From NCBI GenBank assembly GCA_049320885.1, contig JBMORA010000064.1, positions 133,406-197,405 of the forward strand: a DNA stretch of 64,000 bases. The letters are read 5' to 3'. The translations under genes and the position numbers were made by a program. This document shows, in pieces, positions 30,184-38,763 of the stretch. Under the pieces are notes generated by a model, which was not told the DNA's origin, searched no databases, and saw only the letters and a list, made by a program, of their open reading frames with translations. The first letter of the stretch is position 1; every line of letters begins with the position of its first letter. This DNA is from Thermodesulfobacteriota bacterium. GTDB lineage: Bacteria; Desulfobacterota; Desulfobacteria; Desulfobacterales; SURF-7.

Positions 30184-30199
30184 TGGCATTTAATTTGCT
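30184..30199 (+). promoter_or_regulatory. Sigma54 (-24/-12) promoter of pilA
   Basis: TGGCAT-TTAAT-TTGCT; GG at 30185-86 and GC at 30197-98 are separated by exactly 10 nt. Confidence 0.85.
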
Positions 30200-30375
30200 T
30201 GAAGGTAAGGGCAAGTGCTTGGCACGTTGAAAGGCCCGGGAAGGAGGATTCATCACCCCCCAAGAAATGACAACGGGTTGATGTCATCAAAGACTGATTA
30301 AGCATCATCGGTAATTCTGGTAGTAATGGAAAGAGAACAAACACCATACAACAATCACACAAAGGAGGTCGGCAA

Positions 30376-30843
30376 ATGATTCGCAAAGCAAAAGGCAACC
30401 AAGGTTTCACCCTGATCGAACTCATGATCGTCATCGCCATCATCGGTATTCTGGCAGCCATTGCCATTCCCAACTTCATCGCCTACCGGAACAAGGCATT
30501 CTGCAGCGCGGCTGAATCGGATGTCCGCAGTGTTGCGGCAGGTCTATCGGATTATTTCTCCATTGCAGCTCACACAGTTCTGCCCACCCAAGCTGCGGTT
30601 AGCGAAATTGACCTGAGCTACGGCAACAATGCTTTCTCTGTCCGGTTGAGCCGTTTCGGTCAGTCGACCGCCAATACGGGCACCATCAGTGGAACCGTTG
30701 ACAATATCTACATCACGGTTACGGATGAGAGCGGAAGATGCCCCGCCGACTACCGCCTGGTTAACCGGAACACCTGGACCGGTGAAGGTGGAGCGGCTGA
30801 CGGGTCGGATTGGGTTGCCTTTAAACGCATGATTCTTGAATAA
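30376..30843 (+). CDS. pilA: Type IVa major pilin
   Basis: Prepilin leader MIRKAKGNQG|FTLIELMIVIAIIGILAAIAIP with E5 and P22; AAGGAGG RBS; own promoter and terminator. Confidence 0.96.
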   Translation: MIRKAKGNQGFTLIELMIVIAIIGILAAIAIPNFIAYRNKAFCSAAESDVRSVAAGLSDYFSIAAHTVLPTQAAVSEIDLSYGNNAFSVRLSRFGQSTANTGTISGTVDNIYITVTDESGRCPADYRLVNRNTWTGEGGAADGSDWVAFKRMILE

Positions 30844-30846
30844 ACC

Positions 30847-30889
30847 AAAAAGCGAAAGGCGCATTTCCCATGCGCCTTTCGCTTTTTTT
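30847..30889 (+). terminator. Rho-independent terminator of pilA
   Basis: AAAAAGCGAAAGGCGCA-TTTCCCA-TGCGCCTTTCGCTTTTTTT. Confidence 0.92.
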
Positions 30890-31029
30890 GTCTCCGCTAC
30901 CGTCCTTCCGCTTGATCCTTCCATTTTTTGGTTTTTCTTTTCTTCTTCTTCTGTTACTACTGTTCCGTAAGGACCTATGATAAAAGAATCGATTTCCATG
31001 CAACCGGGCAGTAGACGACGGAGGAAACG

Positions 31030-33141
31030 GTGAGGGATGATAGAGCCGACGGATGGCTGATATTCCGAATTCCCGCCTTCCTGTTGCTGGCCGGTTTGAT
31101 TGTTCCGATCTACTATAACAGCCTGAAGGCCGAATGGCATCTGGATGACGAACCCAACATCCTGTTGAATCAGCGGTTGCATATCGAGACCCTGTCGCTG
31201 GATAGCATCGGCAAGGCCATTTTTTCCCGAAAACTTGGCCGTCCGGGATTATACCGGCCCCTGGCTTATCTTTCATTTGCCCTGAACTGGTATGCGGGGG
31301 GGCGGGATCCTGTTGGATATCATCTGGTCAATATCATTCTGCACACTGCCACTGCATGGCTGCTGTACCTGTTGTGCCGTTCTTTGCTGGAAATCCGTCC
31401 CGGCCTAAAGGAGAGCGGAAAAGAAACGGCGGCTTCCACTGCCTTGCTGGCGGCGGCCATATGGGCGATCAATCCCATCCAGACCCAGGCCGTGACCTAT
31501 ATTGTTCAACGCATGGCGGTTATGGCAGCGTTTTTTTACGTGCTGGGGATGTTGTCCTATGTCAAAGCCAGAACCGCGCCGGGTCTTTTCCAGCGCCGGT
31601 TTGCTTATGGCCGTTGTTGTTTCTGGTTCGTATGCGGTCTGGGCGCCAAGGAAAACGTGGCGCTTCTTCCACTGTCGCTACTACTGGTGGAATGGATTTT
31701 TTTCCAGAACGGTGGGTTTGATTTTATAAAGCGACCTCTTTTTTGGATCGTGGCGGGGGTATCGGTGCTGGCGATCCTAGTCACGGTGTTGGCGCTGACC
31801 GGCGGCGCTCCGCTGGAGTATATGTCGAGGAGATACAGCGCCAGACCTTTCACCATTTGGGAACGGCTGTTGACCCAACCCCGGGTGCTGATGATCTATC
31901 TATCCCAGCTGTTTTATCCCCTGCCGCAGCGCTTATCCATCACCCATGACCTTGCCCTTTCCACTTCCTTTTTCCATCCCTGGACGACATTGCCGGCGAT
32001 GATCGGCGCGATGGCCAGTATCGTGCTCGCAGCCCTGTCAGCGAGGCGGTACCCGCTGTTTTCCGTTGCGGTCTTGTTTTTTTTCTTGAATCATGGGGTG
32101 GAATCCAGCTTCTTCCCCCTGGAACTGGTCTTTGAGCATCGCAATTATTTGCCGTCCCTGCTGCTTTTTTTACCGGTGGCCGCTGGCTTGCAGCGGGTCC
32201 TGGGTTATTTGAAGAACCATAACCACTGGCTGCTGGCCGCGACCGTCGGTGTCCTGGCGATGACGTTGATCGGATTGGGCCTGGGAACCCACATTCGCAA
32301 TGAAACCTGGGCAACAAGAAAAAGTTTGTGGATCGATGCGGTACGGAAGTCTCCGGCTAATTATCGGGCCTTGTTCCAAGCCGGTCTTCAGTTTGCCTGG
32401 GATGATCATCCGACACAAGAAAAATACGACCTGGCCCTGCTCCTTTTTGAGCGCTGCCTGAATGTGGCTCCCCAGGAATTGAAGGACAGTGATGGCGATC
32501 GGGCGAGCATTTGGGGAAATATGGCCAGCATTTTTTATCGAACGAGGCAGTATGGCAGCGCCATAGAATTGTTTCATAAGTCTTTGGAGTTGAATCCGAA
32601 TTATGGAATGGCGCGCCATGATTTGATCGCTGCCTTGATCCAGGTCGGTCGCCTGGATGAGGCCCTGGAGCAGTCGGAAAAACTTGTCCGGCAGCATCCA
32701 TTCCGACCGGATTATCAAAGCAGAAGAGGTTTTTTATTGCTCTGGAGCAATCAATACGACCAGGCGTTGACCTGTTTTCAGCGGGCGCTGAGACAAGGGG
32801 ACGGGACGAACGATTTGATGGTGAATACGGGCGCGGCCTTGACCAAACTGAATCAGTGGCGGAACGGCATCTGGTTTTTGAATCAGGCGGCCAGGCTCAG
32901 ACCCTTGGATCCGTTCCCCCGGCTGGCTATGATCGAAAACCGGGTTCTGGCAGGAGACCGGGAAGGTGCGGAACGGAACGCCCGTAAGCTGGTGACGGCA
33001 TTCCCGGCTGGAAGCATCATGGCGGCATTGGCAACCATAGATCCAAGACACGGCCGTCCGCCCTTGTCGATAGAGGTAATCCGGCCTTTCATCCGGGATG
33101 CGTTGACGGCCGATCTGGTGGAATTGGGAATCCCGGATTAA
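31030..33141 (+). CDS. TMTC-like GT-C membrane glycosyltransferase with C-terminal TPRs
   Basis: WHLDD...ILLN, YRPL...SFALN, YHLVNIILH, NPIQTQAVTYIVQR, AKEN and FEHRNYLPS motifs, then TPR repeats. Confidence 0.85.
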   Translation: MRDDRADGWLIFRIPAFLLLAGLIVPIYYNSLKAEWHLDDEPNILLNQRLHIETLSLDSIGKAIFSRKLGRPGLYRPLAYLSFALNWYAGGRDPVGYHLVNIILHTATAWLLYLLCRSLLEIRPGLKESGKETAASTALLAAAIWAINPIQTQAVTYIVQRMAVMAAFFYVLGMLSYVKARTAPGLFQRRFAYGRCCFWFVCGLGAKENVALLPLSLLLVEWIFFQNGGFDFIKRPLFWIVAGVSVLAILVTVLALTGGAPLEYMSRRYSARPFTIWERLLTQPRVLMIYLSQLFYPLPQRLSITHDLALSTSFFHPWTTLPAMIGAMASIVLAALSARRYPLFSVAVLFFFLNHGVESSFFPLELVFEHRNYLPSLLLFLPVAAGLQRVLGYLKNHNHWLLAATVGVLAMTLIGLGLGTHIRNETWATRKSLWIDAVRKSPANYRALFQAGLQFAWDDHPTQEKYDLALLLFERCLNVAPQELKDSDGDRASIWGNMASIFYRTRQYGSAIELFHKSLELNPNYGMARHDLIAALIQVGRLDEALEQSEKLVRQHPFRPDYQSRRGFLLLWSNQYDQALTCFQRALRQGDGTNDLMVNTGAALTKLNQWRNGIWFLNQAARLRPLDPFPRLAMIENRVLAGDREGAERNARKLVTAFPAGSIMAALATIDPRHGRPPLSIEVIRPFIRDALTADLVELGIPD

Positions 33142-33264
33142 ACGAATCGATTCATTTTTCACCGGCAATATGATAAACATGCTGGTTTGGCGATGGTGAC
33201 GATTGACCCGGGAAGCGCTTGCCATCGTCAACGAGTATATCCAGGGATACTGAATTCGAAATTT

Positions 33265-34431
33265 ATGCGCTCATCAAAACCAATCATTCCATTGCCGTAT
33301 GCCTGGTATTATATCCCGGTGGTCCTGATCGCGATGATCGGCTTTTTCGACGCCTGCTATCTGGCTGTTTCCCATTACCGGGTGTATACCGATATGGAAT
33401 ATCAAAGTTTTTGCGCCATTTCCCGGGCGTTCAACTGCGACACGGTATCCCAAAGTCCCTATTCCATATTAATCGGGGTGCCGGTTCCGGTCTGGGGAAT
33501 CATCGGCTATGCGGTTGTAATTCTCCTGTTGCTGTTCGCCCGCCCGCAATTGGTTTCCGGGAAGCGCATCTGGACCCTGGTGTTCCTCATTTCCCTGGGA
33601 TTCAGCATTTACAGCATGGTGTTGGCGCTGATATCCACTTTTTGGATCGACAGTTATTGCATCATGTGCATCCTGAGCTACGCCGTGAACTTGTTGCTGC
33701 TCTATTTTTCATGGTTGATCCGCAAGCGATTTCAGGTGGAGCCGCTCTTATCGGCCGTCAAGCTGGATGTAGAACACTTGCTCCCGCGCAGCAAAAGAAG
33801 TTTGGGGTTTCTGGTTTGCTGTGTTTCCATCCTTCTGGCGGGACTGGCGGCACTGCCTTCCTATTGGCGCCTGAAGCCTCCGGAGTTGTCACAGGAGATT
33901 CCCACCGGGACAACCGCGGAGGGTTTTCCCTGGTGCGGAGCAGAGCACCCGAAACTGGTCATCACCGAATTTGCCGACTACCGGTGTTTTCAATGCAAGA
34001 AAATGCATTTTTTCCTGCGCAATCTAATCCAGAAAAATCCGGATAAAATTCGCTTGATTCATCGCCATTTTCCCATGGATCAGAAAATCAATCCGATCGT
34101 TCGGGAACCGTTCCACGAGGGGGCGGGATTGTTGTCCATGATTGCCATTGCGGCGGCCCGTGACGGAAAATTCTGGCCCATGAATGATCGATTGTTTGAA
34201 CTCGCCCGGGAAAGACAAGAAATGGACACCAAGATGTTGGCCCGGGATATCGGAATGGATCCCAAGAGCCTGGTGGACGCCCTGTTGGATCCCCGGACCA
34301 AAGCGCATCTATCCAGGGACATCCAGGACGGTATCCGGCTGGGAATATCGGGTACTCCCGCCTACCTGGTCGAAGGCAATCTGTATTTGGGATGGTTGCC
34401 GGGTAACGTATTGGCCAGGGTTATGGAATAG
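33265..34431 (+). CDS. VKOR-DsbA (thioredoxin-fold) fusion
   Basis: VKOR loop C(AISRAFN)CDTVSQSPYS and CIMC; C-terminal EFADYRCFQC, RHFP and GISGTP. Start uncertain (33187-33265). Confidence 0.9.
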   Translation: MRSSKPIIPLPYAWYYIPVVLIAMIGFFDACYLAVSHYRVYTDMEYQSFCAISRAFNCDTVSQSPYSILIGVPVPVWGIIGYAVVILLLLFARPQLVSGKRIWTLVFLISLGFSIYSMVLALISTFWIDSYCIMCILSYAVNLLLLYFSWLIRKRFQVEPLLSAVKLDVEHLLPRSKRSLGFLVCCVSILLAGLAALPSYWRLKPPELSQEIPTGTTAEGFPWCGAEHPKLVITEFADYRCFQCKKMHFFLRNLIQKNPDKIRLIHRHFPMDQKINPIVREPFHEGAGLLSMIAIAAARDGKFWPMNDRLFELARERQEMDTKMLARDIGMDPKSLVDALLDPRTKAHLSRDIQDGIRLGISGTPAYLVEGNLYLGWLPGNVLARVME

Positions 34432-34467
34432 AAGCCCTATCCGGCAGTGATATCTGGGTAAGGAGAT

Positions 34468-35799
34468 ATGGCTCATCGAAAAGAACTGACAGCGATTGTC
34501 CTGGTGTTTGTCCTGGCCCTGGAGATCCGGCTGATCTATCAGGCCGCCTCTGTGGTGGATACTCCCATTCGGGCCGACTCCGCCAAATATGTCGATGCTG
34601 CTTATAACCTGCGTCATTTCGGTGTCTATTCCCTGGACAGACCGCGTAAGGACAATCGACCGCCGCAATCGAATACAGACCTCGCGCCCGGCTACCCACT
34701 ATTTATCAGCCTGTTTTTACATGATAACAAGCTTTGGGGCAGCGGCATATTGAAGGTCCAGGCTGTCATGGGGTCCCTGGTGAGTGTTTCCGCCCTGCTG
34801 CTGGCACGAATGGCGCTGCCGTTTCCCTGGGCCGTGGCCGCCGGAATCATGACCGCGGCCAGCCCACATCTGGTGGCCATGGACGGTTATTTTCTTTCGG
34901 AAAGTCTTTTTACCTTTATCCTGATGTGCGGGATTGTATTGACCGCCCTTACCTGGCGGTACCGGCGTTACAGCATCTCCTTTGCAGCCGGCCTGATATT
35001 GGCCCTGTCATCCCAGGTGCGGGCGGTAAGCCTGTTGCTGCCCTTCTTTCTGGCCCTCGCTTTTTTGTTCACGGCGGAGGGCAAGCGCCCGCTAGCCTGG
35101 AAAACCATCGGTCATTCCCTCTGTTTCGCCATCGCTTTTCTGACAATCGCCGGGGCTCACAAATGGTTTATGAGGGCGGTCTCAATCCCGCAACAGGCGG
35201 CGATGGTTGCTATGGCGCCGCACAAGGGTTTCCGGGATGTCGGAAAAGTGATCCGGGGGATTCAATTCTGTCTGATTCCTCCGGAATTTTTTATCCAGGG
35301 GGTCGACCATGTATATGCCCGTCACGGGCACCGGGAATATCGGAATCCCACCAAGACACCTTTTCAGGATCGGCCGCTGCGCTATCTTCAGTGGGGGTTG
35401 TATGCCAAGCTGATCACCATGTGGCACTGGGACGACCTTTTTAACGGGGATGTCTACATTTACCCCATGCTGCGAAAAGGCTTCGAGGAGAACATGTTTC
35501 TGAAAACAGTGCACCGGTCGATGCGGATACTCCATTGGCCGCTGTTTTTTCTGGCCATGGCTGCGCTCCCCATGTTCTGGGTGCGCCGACGGTTGAAAAT
35601 GCAGCCGGACCGGGAAGGAGTTCTGCTTATACCCGCCATGGCCTTTGTCTATTTTCTGCTGCTGCTCTGGCTGATTTCCTGGATCACGCGGTACACCATT
35701 CCGGTCCGTCCGGTTTCATATGTCCTCGCCTGTGCCTCCCTGTATTGGCTTTGGAGCAGTGTCGGCAACCGTTTTCCCAATATCCGTGGAACCGCATGA
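34468..35799 (+). CDS. GT-C fold glycosyltransferase (ArnT/PMT-like)
   Basis: Polytopic membrane protein; acidic first loop RADSAKY...AYNL, PGYPLF, LSESLF and C-terminal RY.IPV. Confidence 0.78.
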   Translation: MAHRKELTAIVLVFVLALEIRLIYQAASVVDTPIRADSAKYVDAAYNLRHFGVYSLDRPRKDNRPPQSNTDLAPGYPLFISLFLHDNKLWGSGILKVQAVMGSLVSVSALLLARMALPFPWAVAAGIMTAASPHLVAMDGYFLSESLFTFILMCGIVLTALTWRYRRYSISFAAGLILALSSQVRAVSLLLPFFLALAFLFTAEGKRPLAWKTIGHSLCFAIAFLTIAGAHKWFMRAVSIPQQAAMVAMAPHKGFRDVGKVIRGIQFCLIPPEFFIQGVDHVYARHGHREYRNPTKTPFQDRPLRYLQWGLYAKLITMWHWDDLFNGDVYIYPMLRKGFEENMFLKTVHRSMRILHWPLFFLAMAALPMFWVRRRLKMQPDREGVLLIPAMAFVYFLLLLWLISWITRYTIPVRPVSYVLACASLYWLWSSVGNRFPNIRGTA

Positions 35800-37607
35800 A
35801 TATCGCCACGAGACAGATATCTTTCGTTGTTCCGAGAATGTCGATTGTTGCCGCACTGTTCATTCTATTTTGTCTGGCCTATATAGCAGCGCCTTATTGG
35901 CGAATTGATCCGTCAGCGGGAAACCGGATTCTGTTGCTGATGTTTACCATGTTGTCGGGGGCATTATGGGCCTTTTCAGCATCTGCTGAAGTCCGTTTGC
36001 AGGTATCGCGAGATCAGTTCGTTGATATGGTTTTTTGTTTTTTTCTAATGGGGGCGCTGAACCATCGGACTTTGACTGCTGGTATTCCGTGGAAGGGGGA
36101 CGAGGACTACCATATGATAATTGTGGGTGTCCTCGCCGGCCGGCCGGATTTGTTATCGGCCGGTTTTTGCCTGATGGCGGTTGTGATATATTGCACCTTA
36201 CGGCGTCCAAAATGGGTTGCCCCCTTGGCGATCCTGATGGTTTTTTATTGTATTTTCTGGGGTGCCTGGTTGAACCCGCAGCCTTCAATCCTATTGCGGT
36301 ATCCGTATTTTTCAAGATATTTTCAAGCGATTCCACCGGCCGTGGCCACCAGCTTCCAGGCCTTCCATAATGAACTGTCTTATCGCATTCTTCCGTTCCT
36401 GGCCTCGACAGTCACTGTCTGGATCTGCTGCCGGCAGAGCGGACTTGAACCAAAGAGAAGATTTCTCCTGGGGGCATCGCTTTGTTCCCTGCCGATTTTG
36501 TATTACTACTCCTCCATTCTGTATCTGGAAATGCCTGCCGTCGCTCTGATGATGATCACCATGGCCGGGATGCCGGGGTTGCTTACGGCGGACTTTGCGG
36601 AAATCCGTAAAAAACCCGAATGGTTTTCCCTTATAGCGGTCGGCTTCATAAAGGAAACCATGGCTGTTTTCCTGCTGGCCTATATCGGCTCCCGGTTGGC
36701 GATAGGGTTGATATCCCGTCGGCGGCGGGGGACATCTTCCGAAGATACATGGAGACGTTATTTTCCATGGGATGAAATCCGTATTCAGGCCGCTGTATTG
36801 CTGCCAACAGCGGTTTATCTGTTCTATCGTTTCGCATATGGTTCCAGAAGAAAATTCGAACCCAGTCTTGCTCATTTTACCGATCCCCGGATCTATTCCG
36901 TGTTTTTTCAATCCCTGCTGGAGCAATTCGGTTTGTTCTGCCTGTTTTCCGTATTGGGGCTGATAATTCTCATCCGGGAGAAAAAAAAACAAACAGCCGG
37001 TTTTATCCTGCTCACATTTTTAATGACATTCCTGTTGATTGCGGCCGACAATCCCTCTTATGTGGGGTATAGCCGTTTCAATCTTCTGTTGTTTCCCGCC
37101 ATCATGGTTCCGGCTGTAGAAGCCATCCGGATGATATCACGGAAACGCGAGACCATTGCCGGATTGATTCTTTGTGCGACAATCGCCGTGAATTTCGCGA
37201 TCAGCCCCATCCATATGGACGGCACCAAAAAGCCGTTGTGGGGGAGTGGGTTGTGTGATACTGCGGAACATTATTACCCGTACCGGGAGGCGTTGCGTTG
37301 GCTGAAGTCTGAAAGAGCAGCCGAGCCGCTTCTTTTTGCCGGCTTGAATTATTCGTATTATTTCCGTTTTTATTTTGATCAGCTCGGCTGGGAGCCTCGG
37401 CACGCCGTGATGTTTTCCGCAGCGAACGAGAAACCGGTGGAGACCCCGGGGAAGGTATTTTTCGCCGCCAATCGGAACCATTATAAGACCATCGTGTACC
37501 ATATCCCGCATGAAGGGGTAGTTCCGGCGGGAGGCGAATTCGGATATGGTTTAAAAAAAGTGTTTCGAAACCAAGCGCATGCGCTGGCGGTTTACGGCAG
37601 ATGGTGA
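35796..37607 (+). CDS. Polytopic membrane protein, probable GT-C glycosyltransferase
   Basis: ATG 35796 overlaps the upstream stop; many TM segments, loop WKGDEDYH, YLEMP, IKET, SRFNL and a soluble C-terminal domain. Confidence 0.6.
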   Translation: MNIATRQISFVVPRMSIVAALFILFCLAYIAAPYWRIDPSAGNRILLLMFTMLSGALWAFSASAEVRLQVSRDQFVDMVFCFFLMGALNHRTLTAGIPWKGDEDYHMIIVGVLAGRPDLLSAGFCLMAVVIYCTLRRPKWVAPLAILMVFYCIFWGAWLNPQPSILLRYPYFSRYFQAIPPAVATSFQAFHNELSYRILPFLASTVTVWICCRQSGLEPKRRFLLGASLCSLPILYYYSSILYLEMPAVALMMITMAGMPGLLTADFAEIRKKPEWFSLIAVGFIKETMAVFLLAYIGSRLAIGLISRRRRGTSSEDTWRRYFPWDEIRIQAAVLLPTAVYLFYRFAYGSRRKFEPSLAHFTDPRIYSVFFQSLLEQFGLFCLFSVLGLIILIREKKKQTAGFILLTFLMTFLLIAADNPSYVGYSRFNLLLFPAIMVPAVEAIRMISRKRETIAGLILCATIAVNFAISPIHMDGTKKPLWGSGLCDTAEHYYPYREALRWLKSERAAEPLLFAGLNYSYYFRFYFDQLGWEPRHAVMFSAANEKPVETPGKVFFAANRNHYKTIVYHIPHEGVVPAGGEFGYGLKKVFRNQAHALAVYGRW

Positions 37608-37688
37608 GAACGGGGTGCTTGACAACCCGTGAAGCCCTTGGGATGTTCGGGTCAAAACCGCGACGACAAACGGAAAAAATGGACCGTG

Positions 37689-38585
37689 ATGAAACCAAAA
37701 ATAACAGTCATCATTCCTGCCTATAACGAGGCGGAAACCATCGCTGATGTGATTGCCAAAATCAGAACGCTTCATCCGGATTTCAGTATCATCGTCATCA
37801 ACGACGGTTCCGGGGACGACACGGCAAGCAAGGCCCTTGAAGCCGGCGCGGAAGTCTACAGCCATCCCTACAATATCGGAAACGGGGCGGCCGTGAAAAA
37901 CGGAATCCGGATGGCGGAAGCGGATATCCTGGTTTTCATGGACGGCGACGGCCAGCACAATCCGGATGATATCGGGCTGCTGTTGGAACAGCTTGGCGAC
38001 TATGACATGGTGGTCGGCGCCCGTTCCATGACCGGACATACCTCCTTTACGCGGGCTTTTGGAAACAGGGTATATAATTGGCTGGCTTCTTATGTGGCCA
38101 ATTTCCGTATCGTAGATCTGACCTCCGGCTTCCGGGCTGTGAAGGCGGATTTGGCAAAGGAATTTATTTATTTGTTGCCGAATACCTACTCCTACCCGAC
38201 CACCTTGACGCTGGGTGCCCTCCGAAGCGGCTGGAGTGTCAAATATGTTTCGATCAAGATGCGCAAACGGGAGAAAGGCAAAAGCAATATCAGCATTGTC
38301 AAGGACGGCGCCCGCTTTTTCATGATCATTACCAAGATATGTACTCTTTTTTCGCCCCTGAGGGTTTTTCTGCCGGTGAGTTTCAGCATGTTCCTGATGG
38401 GTGTTTTATATTATTTTTACACTTTTATAACCCAAGGGCGTTTTACCAACATGAGCGCGGTGCTGTTGACCAACGCGGTGGTGATTTTCATGATGGGCCT
38501 TGTATCGGAACAGATCAGCCAGATGCGCTCCGAGAGGCGTCTGCGCAGTCGGGTGAAAAAAGAATCGGATCAGAAAGAGTATTGA
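37689..38585 (+). CDS. GT2 glycosyltransferase, DPM1-like (polyprenol-phosphate sugar synthase type)
   Basis: IIPAYNE, NDGSGD, GNGAA, MDGDGQH, DLTSGFR and two C-terminal TM helices. Confidence 0.9.
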   Translation: MKPKITVIIPAYNEAETIADVIAKIRTLHPDFSIIVINDGSGDDTASKALEAGAEVYSHPYNIGNGAAVKNGIRMAEADILVFMDGDGQHNPDDIGLLLEQLGDYDMVVGARSMTGHTSFTRAFGNRVYNWLASYVANFRIVDLTSGFRAVKADLAKEFIYLLPNTYSYPTTLTLGALRSGWSVKYVSIKMRKREKGKSNISIVKDGARFFMIITKICTLFSPLRVFLPVSFSMFLMGVLYYFYTFITQGRFTNMSAVLLTNAVVIFMMGLVSEQISQMRSERRLRSRVKKESDQKEY

Positions 38586-38763
38586 ATTGGATGGGTGTAG
38601 TGGAAGTGGTTTTAAAACAATATATATTAAAAACAAATAAATAAACAGATGATGGGGTAAAATTCAAGGGGCGGAGCTGTGCCGACCGTTGCCGGGGAAC
38701 GGCATCCCGGTAGGCGGGCGGTTCTTCCTGAGCAAATGGATGCCAATATAGCGAGGATACAAC

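Noticed and set aside
30220..30236. Second TGGCAC upstream of pilA as a sigma54 promoter
   Set aside because: The -12 position reads GG rather than GC; the element at 30184-30199 has correct spacing.
30205..30330. c-di-GMP (GEMM) riboswitch in the pilA leader
   Set aside because: GGGCAA and GAAA are present, but I could not find the GGCAAAC...GACGCAAAG core or the second hairpin; an Rfam scan would settle it.
30915..30965. Pyrimidine-rich TTC/TTTTC tract after the pilA terminator as a phase-variable repeat
   Set aside because: Only a few imperfect units, intergenic, and not clearly inside a promoter spacer.
35535..35795. N-terminal extensions given by the ORF track (35535, also 9509, 19381, 57714)
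   Set aside because: They overlap neighbouring genes or promoters; downstream starts with an RBS or stop-start coupling fit better.
38665..38682. ops/JUMPstart-like CAAGGGGCGGAGCTGTG before the sugar-pathway genes
   Set aside because: Lacks the T of GGCGGTAG and the upstream JUMPstart half; no RfaH/NusG paralogue in the window.
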